Positions 25,480 through 39,312 of a stretch of 64,000 nt of DNA are shown here, piece by piece (positions within the stretch are counted from its first letter, which is position 1; every line of letters starts with the position of its first letter). Origin of the DNA: Camelus ferus (Eukaryota); contig NC_045696.1 in the NCBI RefSeq assembly GCF_009834535.1, forward strand, positions 35,900,001 through 35,964,000, read 5' to 3'. Position numbers and translations under genes: made by a program. The notes beneath the pieces were generated by a model. The model was given only the letters and a program-made list of their open reading frames with translations, searched no databases and was not told the origin of the DNA.

Positions 25480-26543
25480 ATCAGTGAAAGCAGATCAGGT
25501 CATATATTGCAAACACTCCCCAGAAAATGCATAAAAATGAGTAATAAACCCACTGGCCAATAAAATAAACCCCTAAGCCAGTAAGAGGAAATAGGGTCCT
25601 TGGAGAAATAACTTGTTCTAAGACTAGGGCAAGAAATATACAAGATAAGCCTGGAGCAGCTTGTAGCACCATTAAAAAAAAGGAACACAGATAAGAGAAT
25701 ATCAGACACAGGAGCCAACTGAAAGTGTTCTCAATGGCCAAAACTGGAACAATTTGAGGAAAAAAATCAATTAAAAATATGAGTGAGTCTAAATTGATAT
25801 AAATAATGAAAAATACATAAATTGAGGAGAAGATACAAATCTCCAATGCAAAAGAATTTCAAATAACATATATAGATACTCCACATTCAAGGAAGTTGAG
25901 CACAGCTCCCCACCTTTTAAAGGCGGGCCATGTGTAGTGACATCTTCGAAACAGTATGGTATGAAAATGGGGGAGCGAGGGATGAGTAACTTTACAGTGG
26001 GGAAACCTGGCAAACACCACCTCAGCCAGTGACAAAGCTCAACATTAAGGATAAGCATTAAGTCATGTTGATAATATGTATCCTTGATAAAATATGATAA
26101 AAATGACACTTCGTCTTTATGGTCTTGCTCCTCAAAACCCATAACCTCAAACTAAACATGAGAAAAACATCAGGCAAATCTCAGTAGAGATTTGTTTTAC
26201 AAAATACCTGATCAATAACCTTAAAAACTATCAATATCATGAAAATCAAGGAAAATATGAGAAATTGTCCAGCCAAGAGGAGTCTAAAGATATAATGACT
26301 ACATGTAATGCTAAATCCTGGATAAGATGATGAGACAGAAAAGAACTTGGGTGAAAACTAAAGAAATCTGAATAAACTATAGACTTTGGTATACTGTAAT
26401 ACATCAGTTTGTTACATTCGGTTTGTTAATTATAACAAATATACCATACTAAAGTAAGATGATTAATGATAGGAAAAATTGGGTATAAGGATTATCTTCA
26501 CAATTTTTCCATAAATTTAAAAATATTCTACATGTTAAAAAAA
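25480..26543 (+). mobile_element. L1MC3/4-like 3' UTR
   Basis: TACAGTGGGGAAACCTGGCAAACACCACCT..AAGTCATGTTGATA..AAAACCCATAACC..ACAAATATACCATACTAA, ending in an A-run into which the next L1 inserted. Confidence 0.8.
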
Positions 26544-26555
26544 TCAAAAGCCTAG

Positions 26556-27893
26556 TGGAAGCAAGATGGCAGAGTAGAAGGATGCCTGTAGCTCACCCTC
26601 TCCCACAAATACACCAAAACTCACATCTACGGACCTACTCAGCCAACCAGAGCACCTGCCAAACTCCGACAGAACATCGCCCTCTTTGAAAGACAAAGAC
26701 ACCAAAAATCTGGTAGGAGAAAAGGAAAAAAGAAAGAAGAAAAAGCAAAACAGTGAGGGACTGACCCCGCGGGGAGGGAGCGGAAAAGGAGGACTGGCAC
26801 TCATTCGCTGGGTCTCCTCTCTCCAATAGAGAGGCCAGCAGGACAGAGGGGGAGCCTCCGAGGCTCAGATCTGCCCCGAGCACCTCTTGACAGACAGAAC
26901 TGAGTTAAACGGGCAAAAAGGGTCCCTGTGACACCCAGCCTGAGACGTGAGCCGGCAGCTGGGGGCCAGGACAGGACATCCAAGCCATGTGGAGGACTGG
27001 GGCGGCTGCATGGAGGCAGCCCCAGGGGACTGCAGGGTGCTGCATGCTGTGGCTAGGAGGGGATACGGAGCAGAACCACCTCGGTCCCCCATCAATTGCA
27101 AAAAAAGCAAAGCAACATGGCTGGTGTGCCCTGGGGGGAGGGGCGCCATAGCCTTTGTCTCTTCAGACCTGCACCACCATTACTGGCGCTTCTCACGAGA
27201 AGAGAGGTGGGGCGCAGCCACAGCCGCCATCTCCTCCTGTGCACAGCGCCCGGGGTGGGGGCGGGGCCGAGACCAGAATCCACACCAGGGGCTCCGCAAC
27301 CTCCTAGGCAGGATTGAGACTTGTTTACAGCCTGAGGCAGATAGGATCTTTCTGGCCTGGCCCCTCAGAGAACTCGAGCCTCAAAGACAAACAAGGAGCT
27401 GAGATTTGGCACGGAGCAGGGGCAGGGCTGTTCCGCAGTCTTCCCTGAGCCTGCCTTCAGAGCACCCACCCGAGGCAGAGTGGGCAGCTGCACAGAGCAG
27501 CAGAGTGACCTGTGCCGGGAGAGGGCGGTGGCCACCCAACTCCCTGGCAGGAACGCAGCACCTGACCATGGTGCTTGGAGGGGGCATGATCTGCCCACCT
27601 GCCTCCCCCGAGCACAGCATCTGACTGCGGCATCGGGAGGGGGAGCAACCCGCCCGCCCACCGGGTAAGAGCTCAGCACCTGACCCAGTGTTGGGAGGGG
27701 GCACGATCAGCTAGCTGACAGCCACTGGGAGCAGCACAGATGAGGGCGCCAACAGAGGGCCTCTGGAAACAGCAAGCTGAGTTCACAAAACAGGGTGAAG
27801 ACACAAAGACCTCTCAAAAAAAATCATTAAGAGCACACCATCTCCAGGAGAACTAGATAACCGATACTCCTTAAGCCACAGTGCCAGAGAGGT
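26556..27893 (+). promoter_or_regulatory. L1 5' UTR internal promoter (CpG-rich) with YY1-type motif
   Basis: CAAGATGGC at 26562-26570 lies at the element start, like the YY1 site of other mammalian L1s. This is the most GC-rich part of the window. Confidence 0.75.
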
Positions 27894-28794
27894 ATGAGCA
27901 ATATGAAGAAGCAGAGGAACCACTCCCAACTAAAAGATCAAGAGAAATCCCCTGAAAGCACAATCAGAAATAGACATTGATGGCCTACTAGATCAAGATT
28001 TCAAAAAAGGAGTGATCAAACTACTGAAGGAACTAAAAGAGATAGTGTTTAGAGATATAAAATATGTCAAAAATGAAATAGAAGTTTTAAAGAAGAACCA
28101 AGTAGAATTAGTAAACTCATTTGCTGAGATGAGAGCTGACCTAAAGGCTGTGCAAAGCAGGCTAGATAATGCAGAGGAACGAATAAGTGATCTAGAAGAC
28201 AGGACAACAGAAAGCACTCAATCAGAACAGATGAGAGAAAAACAAATAAAAAACAATGAAAACAATATAAGGGACCTGTGGGATAATATAAAATGTGCCA
28301 ACCTACACATAATAGGGGTTCCAGAAGGGGAAGAAAGAACAAAGGGGATTGAAAAGGTATTTGAAGAAATCATGACTGAAAACTTCTCAAACCTAAAAAA
28401 GGAAACAGATATCCAAGTACAGGAGGCTCAGAGGGTCCCAAACAGGAAGAACCCAAACAGACCCACACCAAGACATATCATAATCAAGATGGCCAGAGTC
28501 AAGGATAAGAAAAGGATCCTGAAGGCAGCAAGAGAAAAACAAATAGTGAGTTACAAGGGAACCCCCATAAGGCTCTCAGCTGATTTCTCTACACAAATGC
28601 TACAGGCCAGAAGGGAGTGGCAAGATATATTCAAAGTCCTGAAGGAAAAAAAGATGCAGCCTAGGATACTCTACCCAGCAAGGCTATCCTTTAGAATAGA
28701 AGGAGAGATAAAGAACTTTACAGGCAAGCAAAAACTAAAAGAGTTTAGCAACACTAAACCTATGCTAAAAGAAATATTGACAGGTCTACTCTAA
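27894..28794 (+). pseudogene. L1 ORF1p (coiled coil, RRM, CTD) with one N-terminal frameshift
   Basis: ATG 27894/27903 (MSNMKKQRNHSQ..) is out of frame with the 260-codon ORF 28012-28794, which carries AEERISDLED, NLHIIGVPEGEE, RPTPRHIIIK, PIRLSADFS and ILYPARLSF. The shift is near 27960-27967. Confidence 0.92.
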
Positions 28795-30099
28795 ATAGAA
28801 AAGAAGCAAGATGCTACAAAAATAAGAAACTCATAACTGGAAAGGTGATAACTACCATAGAATAAACACAACATTGTGAAAGAAGACATCCAAATCATTA
28901 AGAGTGGGAGAGGGAAGCAAGGAAAGCCACTGTGGGAAACAGTATGAAGATTCCTCAAAAGACTAGGAATAGACTTACCATATGACCCAGGAATCCCACT
29001 CCTGGGCATATATCCAGAAGGAACTCTACTTCAAAAAGACACCTGCACCCCAATGTTCACAGAAGCACTATTCACAATAGCCAAGACATGGAAACAGCCT
29101 AAATGTCCATCAACAGATGACTGGACAAAGAAGAAGTGGTGTATTTATACGTTGGAACACTATTCAGCCATAAAAACTGACAACATAACACCATTTGCAG
29201 CAACATGGAAGTTCCTGGAGAATGTCATTCTAAGTGAAGTAAGCCAGAAAGAGAAAGAAAAATACCATAAAAAAAAAAAACAACCTTAAATACAAAACAG
29301 AAATAGACTCATAGACATAGAATACAAACTTGTGGTTGCCAAGGGGGCGAGGGGTGGGAAGGGACAAACTGGGATTTTAAAATGCAGAATAGATAAACAA
29401 GATTATACTGTATAGCACAGGGAAATATATACAAGATCTTGTGGTAGCTCATAGCGAAAAAAAATGTGACAATGAATATATATATGTTCATGTATAACTG
29501 AAAAATTGTGCTCTACACTAGAGTTTGACACAACATTGTAAAATGACTATTATGCAATAAAAAAATGTAAAAAAATAAAATAAAATAAAATATGTAATCT
29601 AAAAAAAAAAAACAAAAGTCTAGACACTGACTGAAGTCCTTAGAACAGAGGAGAAAATCAAACTACATTCCTAAAAATAGACAAAACAAAGAATTTTTTT
29701 TAAATCATGAGATCAATCCAAATTAAGAAGATCCAAAAAATCTAATTTTCTATGTCTGTGAGTAATAGTTTGGAGACTTTCAATTGTTATAGTTCATAGC
29801 TTTGTGAACTTTGCAAGTCAAAATCCCATTTATAATAATACAGTTATAAAATGTCAGTAAATTTATAAAGAATTGTATTGTAAGCTTTATAAAACAAGGA
29901 CCTACGTACCAGGATCTATGTACCAGTTTGAAGTGCATTTCACTGAACAAACTTGGAAAAATTTTGATTGTTAAAAAGAAAATTGATGGTTTGAAAAAAA
30001 TAAATGGTTTGAAAACATTACATAAATAAAAATCCTCAAACCCAAAGTTATATTAACAGATAAAGACAGAGGGAAAGAAAACAAAGGCAAAATTGAAGG

Positions 30100-31310
30100 A
30101 AGAAAAAAAAACAAAGCAAAAGGCATTGACAACAGAGTAATTCTTATTATAATAACTATGAAGCAATAAAAGAAAAATCTGTAAACTTAAATATGGAGAC
30201 AAAGAATAAAACCCATTATTTAAAAATGATTAGAATCATACGCATGTATATAAGACAAAAAAATAATAAAAAGTGTTAAAAATCAGTATCAGTTTATGGT
30301 ACAACATGCAGAAAAATAAGAACACAGAAGACTTAAATGGAAAAGCAATAATTAATAAAAATGTTTTAAGCAAAAATTTTAAAATATATTTGAAATGATT
30401 GGTTAATATTCATAAAAATTAATCATGTGCTCAGTCATCAAGACAAAGATCACAAATAGAAATTCTAAAACCCCTTTCAATGATCACAGCACAATAAAAT
30501 GAACAATAGAAGTATAAACAAGAAACTCACAATCATTTAAAATTTTAGAATAAGCTTTCAAATAGCAACTAAATCATGATGGAAATTTAAAAAACACATA
30601 CCAGTATATTTTGAAAATAACAAGTTGTGGAAACTTACACAATAAAATTTTGCTAAAGATTTTTAAAAATATAGAAAATATTCTAGATGCAAGCTATTTT
30701 ACACTTGCATTCTTACAAGTATTCAAGGAAAAGATTAATTTCTATAATAAAAAGATAGAAAGTTTCTTAAATTATCTCATGAAATCTATCTAAACCTGAT
30801 GCTATGTCATGCAAAAACAGTACCAGACATCAGTATCTATCACAAATATTTATGGAAAAATCCAAATGAGAAAGTCCATGCAGCATTATATAATTTTATA
30901 CACAAAATACAAAGATGATTTTATTATAAAATTAGTAGATGATATTAAAATTTAAGGCAAAAATAATAAAAATTTAAGGCAAAAATCATTCTAAATCAAA
31001 ACTAAAAACCATACGATTGTTTTATTGGATGCTGAAAAGTTGTCATAAATATAACCCATAGGATTTATTTATGGTATTTTTTTTATTTTAAGCATTAAAG
31101 TATAATACTTACTCTGTTAACATGAATCTTTCTGTAATCAATAGCCAGTAACATTCTTAGTACTGATATTCATAATAAAGCCAGATGACTACAGTTAACA
31201 TTAGTCTATTAATTTTGATCAATGGATTAAAGACTCCAAGTGGATATTAGAAGTATTGGAAAGATAGAAGAAAAGTTACCATTGTTTGCAGATATAATAA
31301 ATTAGAAAGT
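30100..31310 (+). mobile_element. Very old L1 (L1ME-like) ORF2 remnant
   Basis: A-rich, with faint EN/RT motifs (ATGATCACAGCACAATAAAA; GATGCTGAAAAG; ATTGTTTGCAGATATAATAA). Confidence 0.55.
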
Positions 31311-31731
31311 AGAGTTTTTAATAGTCTAAATTTAGTATCCCCGAAATTAAATTCTCTCCTAGAACACATATCAAATAGTGTTTCTCTACCAGTCTTCCAC
31401 ATTTCAGGAAATGATAACCACATCCAGCCACTAGGAGAGATTTTTGATTCCTTCATTTCTCTTATCACCCTATTCAATCTATGAACAAGATTTGGCGGAC
31501 CTACCTGTCACTAAGTTAGTCCATTATCTCTCACATATCTAAATGATAATATCCAAAACTGAACTATCCCACTTCTATCCTACAGTTCTTCCTTAACTTA
31601 GCAGCTCTAGTAATTTTTAAATCAATTGTAAGTCATTTTCTAACACTTTCCATTGTGTTTATAAGTACATCTAAAAATCTGAGTACATTATGTTGTCTTG
31701 CCTCATTTACCTTCAATGGGCATTCAGCCTA

Positions 31732-34700
31732 AAGGCAAGTATACAGTAAAGGTAAGAAATCATTCTTGCACAAACTAGTAGAAAGAGCAAAAGACATTAG
31801 TAGTAAAATCATCAGTTTCTACAATAAGCAGTTAAGAGATACACAAAACAAATGTAAAATGTGACATCAAAAATGTAATCATGAGAGGAGGAGAGTACAA
31901 ATGCAGGGTACTTAAAATATATTTGAAAATAAGAGATTAGCAACTTAAAGCAATCACATATACATATACAGAGTGTTATACCAAAACCTTATGGCAACCA
32001 GAAACCAAAAATCTATAATAGACATAGACACAAAAAAGAAACAGGAATCCAGACATCACACTAAAGAGAGTCACTTAATCACAAGAGAACAAAAGAAGAA
32101 AAGGAAGAGAAAGATCAACTAAAACAAATCTAAAACAATTAACAAAATGGCAAAAAGAACATATATGTCAATAATTACCTTAAGTGTAAATGGTTTAAAT
32201 GCTTCAACCTAAAGACATAGACTGGCTGAATGGATACAAAAACAAGAGCCATATATTTGCTACAAGAGACTCACTTCAGATCTAGAGACAGACTGAAAGT
32301 GATGGGATGGAGAAATGTATTCCATGCAAATGGAAATTTTTAAAAAAAGCTGGAGTCCCATTACTTTTATCAGGCAAAACCAACTTTAAAATAAAGACTG
32401 TCACAAGAGACAAAGAAGGACACTACATAATGCTCAAGGGATCAATCCAAGAAAAATTAACAATCGTAAATATGTATGCACCCAACATAGGAGCACCTCA
32501 ACATATAAGACAACTGTTAACAGATATAAAAGGAAAAATCAACATTAACACAATAATAGTGGGGAACCTTAACACCCCATTTACATCAATGGACAGATCA
32601 TCCAGACAGAAAATCAATAAGAAAACATAAGCCTTAAATAACACATTAGACCAGATGGACTTAATTGATATTTACAGAGCATTCCATCCAAAAGCACCAG
32701 AATACATATTCTTCTAAAGTGCACATGGAACATTCTCCAGGATAGATTACATGTTGGCCCACAAAGCAAGCCTCAGTAAATTTAAGAAAACTGAAATCAC
32801 ATCAAACATCTTTTCCAACCAAGCATTATGAGATTAGAAATCAACCACAAGATAAAAAAAAAACTGTAAAAACCACAAACATGTGGAGGTTAAACAATAT
32901 GCTACTAAACAACCAATGGATCACTGAAGAAATCAGAGGAAATCAAAAAATACTTAGAGACAAATGAAAATGTGAATATGACAATCCAAAACCTAGGGAC
33001 ATAGCAAAAACAGTTCTAAGAGGGAAGTTTATAGTGATACAGGCTTACCTCAGGAAACGAGAAAAATCTCAAATAAACAACTTAGCATTACACCTAAAGC
33101 AACTAGAGAAAGAAGAATAAATAAAACCTAAAAAGTTAGTAGAAGGAAAGAAATCGATTAGAAAAAGATTAGAGCAGAAATAAATGAAACAGAGACTAAA
33201 AATTAAAACAAACAAAAACACAATAGAAAGGATCAAAGAAACTAACAGCTGGATCTTTGAAAAGATAAACAAAATTGATAAACCTTTAGCCAGACTCATC
33301 AAGAAAAAAGAGAGAGGGCTCAAATTAATAAAATCATAAATGAAAAAAAAGTTATAACCGATACCACAGAAATACAAAGGACCATAAGAGGCTACTATGA
33401 GCAACTATATCTCAACAAAATGCACAACCTAGAAGAAATGGACAACTTCTCAGAAAGGTACAATCTCCAAAGACTAAATCAGGAAGAAATAGAAAATATG
33501 AACAGACCAATTACCAGCACTGAAACTGTATCAGTAATTTAAAAACTCTTAAAAAACAAAAGTCCAGGACCAGAGAGCTTCACAGGAGAATTATACCAAA
33601 CATTTACAGAAGAGTTAATGCCTATTCTTTTGAAACTATTCCAAAAAGTTGCAGAGAAAGCAGTACTTCCAAGTTCATTCTATGAAGCCACCATCACCCT
33701 AATACCAAAACCAGACAAAGATATCACAAAAAAAGAAAATTACAGGCCCATATCACTTATGAACATAAATGAAAAAATCCTCAACAAAATACTAGCAAAT
33801 TTACTCCAGCAATATATTAATAAGATCATACACCATGATCAAGTGTGATTTATCTCAGGGACTGCAAGGATTTTTCAATGTCCGCAAATCAATCAACATG
33901 ATATATCACATTAACAAATTGAAGAATAAAAAACATATGATCATCTCAATAGATCCAGAAAAAGCTTTTGATAAAGTTCAACATCCATTTACAATAAAAA
34001 CTCTTCAGAAAGTGGGCATAGAGGGAACATACTTCAACATATTAAAGGCCATATATGACAAACCACAACCAACATTATTCTCAATGGTGAAAAGCTGAAA
34101 GCATTTCCTCTAAGATCAGGAACAAGACAACGGTACCACTCTCACCACTTTTATTCAATATACTTTTGGAAGTCCTAGCTACAGCAGTCAGAGAAGAAAA
34201 ATAAATAAGAGGAATTCAAATTGGAAAAGAAGTAAAACTGTCACTATTTGCAAATGACATAATATTATACACAGAAAATCCTTAAGAGGTGACCAAAAAT
34301 CTACTAGAGGTCACCAATGAATTCAGTAAAGTTGCAAGATACAAAATTAACATACAGAAATCAGTTGCATTGCTGTACACTAACAAAATGAAATAGAAGA
34401 AAAAGAAATTAAAGAAACAATCCCATTTACCATCACATCAAAACAAATAAAATACCTAGGAATAAAGCTATCCAAAGAGGTAAAGGACTTGTACTCTGAA
34501 AACTATGAGACACTGATGAAAGAAACTGAAGATGACACTGAACAGATGGAAAGATATACCATGCTCTTGGATTGGAAGGCTCAGTATTGTTAAAATGGCC
34601 ATACTACCAAAGGCAATATACAGATTCAGTGCAATCCCTATCAAATTGACAATGATATTTTTCAAAGAAATGAAACAAAATTTAAATTTGTATGGAAAGA

Positions 34701-35240
34701 CAAAGTCCCCAAATAGCCAAAACAATCTCGAGAAAGAAGAATGGAGCTGGAGGTATCGGGCTTCCTAACTTCAGACTATACTACAAAGCTATAGTAATCA
34801 AAAAGGGTATGGTACAAGCACAAAAACAGTCACATAGATCAATGGAGCAGGATGGAAAGTCCAGAAATAAACCTACACACTTATGGTGAATTAATCTACA
34901 ACAAAGAAGGCAAGAATACACAATGAAGAAAATACAGTCTTTTCAATAAGTGGTGCTGAGAAAACTGGACGGCTACATGAAAAGAATGAAATTAGAACAT
35001 TAACACCATATACAAAAATAAACTCAAAATGTATTATAGACCTAAATATAAGACTGGATACTGTAAAATTCCTAGAGCAAAACAAAGCAGAATACTCTTT
35101 GACATAAATTTCAGCAATATTTTTTCTGAACCAGCTCCTAGAGTAATGGAAATAAAAGCAAAAATTAAAATATGGGAGCTAATTAAACTTAAAAGCCTTT
35201 ACACTGTACAGAAAACCATAAACAAAATGAAAAGAAACCT
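31732..35240 (+). mobile_element. L1 inter-ORF region plus ORF2 (EN and RT) pseudogene, truncated at both ends
   Basis: ORF2 ATG at ~32147. Fragments read [59 protein letters not shown] and KDIPCSWIG; many stops and frameshifts. Confidence 0.96.
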
Positions 35241-38200
35241 AAGTTAGTCAATTTTAAAATACTGGTATTTGCCTTCAGAAAATAATTCTTAGTAAAGTGG
35301 AAAGAAGCTTTATGATATAGTCCCTTGATGAAGATTTACTAACATAATATGTTATAATATAAACTTTTTAAATAAATATATAATAATGAGGAAAATATTT
35401 TTCATAGTCTTAAGAAAAGAAAGCTAAATTGAAAACTGTACCTGTGGTAAGGTTATAATGGTCTATTAATCCTATGCATTTGAAAATAAAAGGCAACATT
35501 AAAAATTTAATTATTTTCTGCTGGAATTTTCTGCTAGAGATGTAAACATTTTTTCAGCTTCTTATTAAACCATTAAATTTCTGTTAATTTATTATTATAT
35601 CTTTAAAATTATCAATATGATGATTTTATGAATATAGCTATAATAGTACAGAAATTATTTAAGTGACTTGCTCTTAAAAAAAGAAATTTAATGAAAACAT
35701 CAAAATGAACAAACCAAGTCATAAAAAAGACATATTACTCTAACCAGGAGAATTCTTTTGGACTTTTTTTTCCTCACATAAAACATAAAAATATATGTCA
35801 GATTCTGGGTAAAAAATAACTGCAAGTTTCAGAAGCACAAAGTGAAGAATCTATTTCCTTTCTCCAAGTCATACTCCAAAGAAAGGAAAAGAATGGTGAA
35901 ATAGATAAATATTGATGACTGAAAAAGAATAATCTAGATTGGCATTACTCCAATATCCTGATAGAAAATAAGACTCATAAGAGATTACCGTTTTGAGTGA
36001 GGATGCACCTGAAAACACTTTTCAGGACAAATGTGTAATGTGAATCAGTTAACAAGGATTGTGTTTTCTAAGAATCATTTATAACTTGTCAAATACTCAA
36101 GCCAATGAATCAATATGTGTATAACTGAGTCAGTATGAGCAAATGACCATTACTCCTAAAAGATCATGCACATAAGTGGATGGATGAATGAAGGGAGGGG
36201 TGGAGGGATGGAGGGATCAGGATATAAATAATTGGGATAAAAAGAAAATATATTCATTGACATGGAAATGAGCAGGCATTTCTTTTAAGAGAACAATTTA
36301 AAGCAATCCTTTTAAGAACCACAAAAGTATAATCATTAAGTCACATAAAAAGCTATAAATAAATAACATGTTTTTCTTTGAGTTAAATATAGCAAGAATG
36401 AGGGTTACAGATTAGGAAATAGAAATAAAATTATGTGTTTCTTCCTTGAAAAGGAATGTGTAATATCTTTTTCTTTTAAAACACTAACATTTCTGAAAAT
36501 TGAAGTGTATATAATAATGTTAATGCAATAAGAAATCTTATAGAAATTCTATGTAGAAAATGCAATTAGAGCCAAATGGTAAAAGTGATAATAATGTGAT
36601 GTTGTACTAATAAGAATACATGAAGCCAGACTTGTACACCTGACTGTAATTATATCACTGACACCTGAGAAACTGAAAGTTGATTAATGAGAAACAGATG
36701 CTAATTTTGAAGCCTGAAAATTCAAATATGTTCAATAATGTGAAGATGATATGCAAATGAAGTATAGAATGCATCATATACCAGAAATTATAAGAAAAGA
36801 AAAAACTAAGATGTTTTAAAGAACTGTGTAAAATTTAACATCAGTAGGAAAATGGATCAAAACTAACATGAATTAAAATTTAGGAGGCTTTATTTTTTAG
36901 CTATTTGAATGCTACTTAATAACAAGAATCAAAACCAACAAGTTCATAGCTACAAGAAATGCTAATGTGGTTCATTTCATTATGCCAATTTTATTAATTA
37001 CATATTTTTTCAAAAAATTAATCTGAATCTTAGCCTATAAGCAGACGTTGAGATAAAACATGAAATTAACATTTTTAGAAAGTGTATATTCTGCATGTGA
37101 CTGAAGTTCCAGTAAACCACATCAACATTGATAGAAAAAATGTCATACTAATGACAGCGAAAAATTCCATTTGGATTGATGAAGACGTTATAAACTCTGA
37201 TTTTCTTAATTTCTTAATCACTCAATAAAGTTACTTTTTCTTAATTTCAGCAAAGTCCCTCGACTTCTTTAAGATCTTAAGGTAGATGACACTGACCTAT
37301 TTTTCAACCTCAGAATAATACCCATAATTAAGATGTTACTCTGCATCACTTACATCATTACATTATGCAGATAAGCTTTCAGAATCTTAATGAGGATATT
37401 TTACTCCTTAGCACCTGCAGTACAATTTTATTCTTTGTATCAGGAATTGAAGCACCTGCAGTTCAGCAAATCAACAGTATTAGAAAGAAACAAACCATCA
37501 AAGTATGATAATCCAGAAAAATCTCTAAAACTTTGTCATTGGGGAAATTTGACTCACTAAAGATGGGAAGTGTTGTGTCATAACTAAGTCAAAGAGAAAA
37601 AATAGTATTGAAAATTTGTTCATTTCTTCCAGTGCCCTGAATGGTCAGCATCTATTAAAGAGCCAGAAAATGTCCTTCAAATAAAGGTCCCTGCTTTCCT
37701 GGAGGCAATAAAATGCATGACACACAAGGAGTGATGAATTTCTGAGGCTCCTGGAGAACATTAAGTCCTTGTAGTTTTTTCACATTTTGTCCTTTAAAAC
37801 ATTAGCTTTGCATTTATGTCTATTTCCTTGAGAGTTTAGTGAGGTTTTTTTAAGTGTTAATATCATAGGTATTAATACTTATTAATACTTAAGTATTTGA
37901 TGTAAGGCTAAAGCCATAATATATGTTTCCTTCGGAGACAATTTTAACAACAGCAAGGGAGCCTACATCTTTAAGAATCTTTAATTTCCAATGATGTTGT
38001 TAGAAAAAACACATGCTATTTATTTGCAAGAAATACTGTTCATAAGAAAATAAAAATAATTGTATCAATAAAAATAATTGCTTCATTAGTTTCATATACC
38101 TTTGCCTACAGCAGTAATATATATTAAAGATTTTCAAAACTGAATAAAAATAAAACACCAACTCAATCCATTTCTATCAAAGGCACATACTTTCTTTCCC

Positions 38201-39312
38201 AGCAAAATAAAAATAATGTCATACTTACTTGAACTGAATAGCAGAAATAATTCTAAATGAACTCCCATTTTCAAACAAAACAGAGGTATTTTTAAAAATT
38301 AAATGTATCATAAAATTTAGGGTAGAAGAAAAGGGTTTTTTTTGCATTTCCAAACACTTAATGTACTAAATATAAAACTTGTAAGAATTTTTAAGTGCTT
38401 ATAGAATACTGTCAGAATTATAATTGGAGGTGAGGAAACATCAAGGGCTTTTTCAGCATATCTTAAGAAAATGTAAAAATCTATTTGGTCTGGATATCAG
38501 AAGACAGCTAAGTTTAAATGTCCTTTGAAGTGATTTTCTATTTTGCCAGAAATACACACACATACAAACAGCTGAACTAAATGCAATTTAACAAGACCTT
38601 AATGGTTTTGTACTTGATCAATTCTTCTCTTGTAAATAACAAGGAAAGGTTTATTTTAAATATTTTCCAACAAAGGCAGAAACATTTACCTCTAAAGATT
38701 GGAATTGGCATTTTAAATAAATGCTAAAACAAAAATATACCTAGTGCACACCAACAGGGAGACAGTTGACAATCTCAAAACAAATATTGCACAAATCCAC
38801 CAATCATACTAACATTAACTCATACAACTCAGTGTTACTTTAACTAAAAGATGCAGTTCTTCATGGTAGCTAGTGCACAATAAAACACAGAATTCCTCCA
38901 GGGATTAATAAAAATTAACTGCCTGCACATAAAGACAGGATTCTAGGAAATAAAGTCGCTGAATAGAAGGCAATCGGAAATGCCCTTTATTACGTGCAAA
39001 GAAAATAAAACACGGGAAAACAGAAAACAGCACAGACCCCTTGGGTACACATCAGCAGAACTGGAAACGGAGGAACTTGATAAGGATTGGGGATTAGGTT
39101 TACCTTTCCTAAAAAAAAATCCAACTTTTGAAAGATTCTCTAACATCTCCTTTTTCTTTTATTTTTCAGTTAATACGTACATTTTAAACAAGCGTCATTC
39201 CTAGAGCAACTTCATTCTCAAGATTAAAGCTAATGTATTGATCCTTGGACTCAGTCCTGGGCCAATTTGAATTCAAGTCTTCATTTTCAGCTGCATCATA
39301 AATGTTATTAAT

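Larger units (their letters stand above)
26537..29623 (+). mobile_element. Young L1 with full 5' UTR and ORF1, ORF2 almost wholly deleted, 3' UTR, poly(A) and TSD
   Basis: TSD AAAAAAATCAAAAGCCTAG (26537-26555) versus AAAAAAAACAAAAGTCTAG (29605-29623), 17/19 identical. The 5' UTR is GC/CpG-rich. At ~28926 the inter-ORF spacer joins the last ~300 bp of ORF2. Confidence 0.95.

Noticed and set aside
26544..27704. Cluster of overlapping ORFs on both strands (possible ORF0-like antisense ORF)
   Set aside because: Expected from stop-codon scarcity in the GC-rich L1 5' UTR; no recognisable protein.
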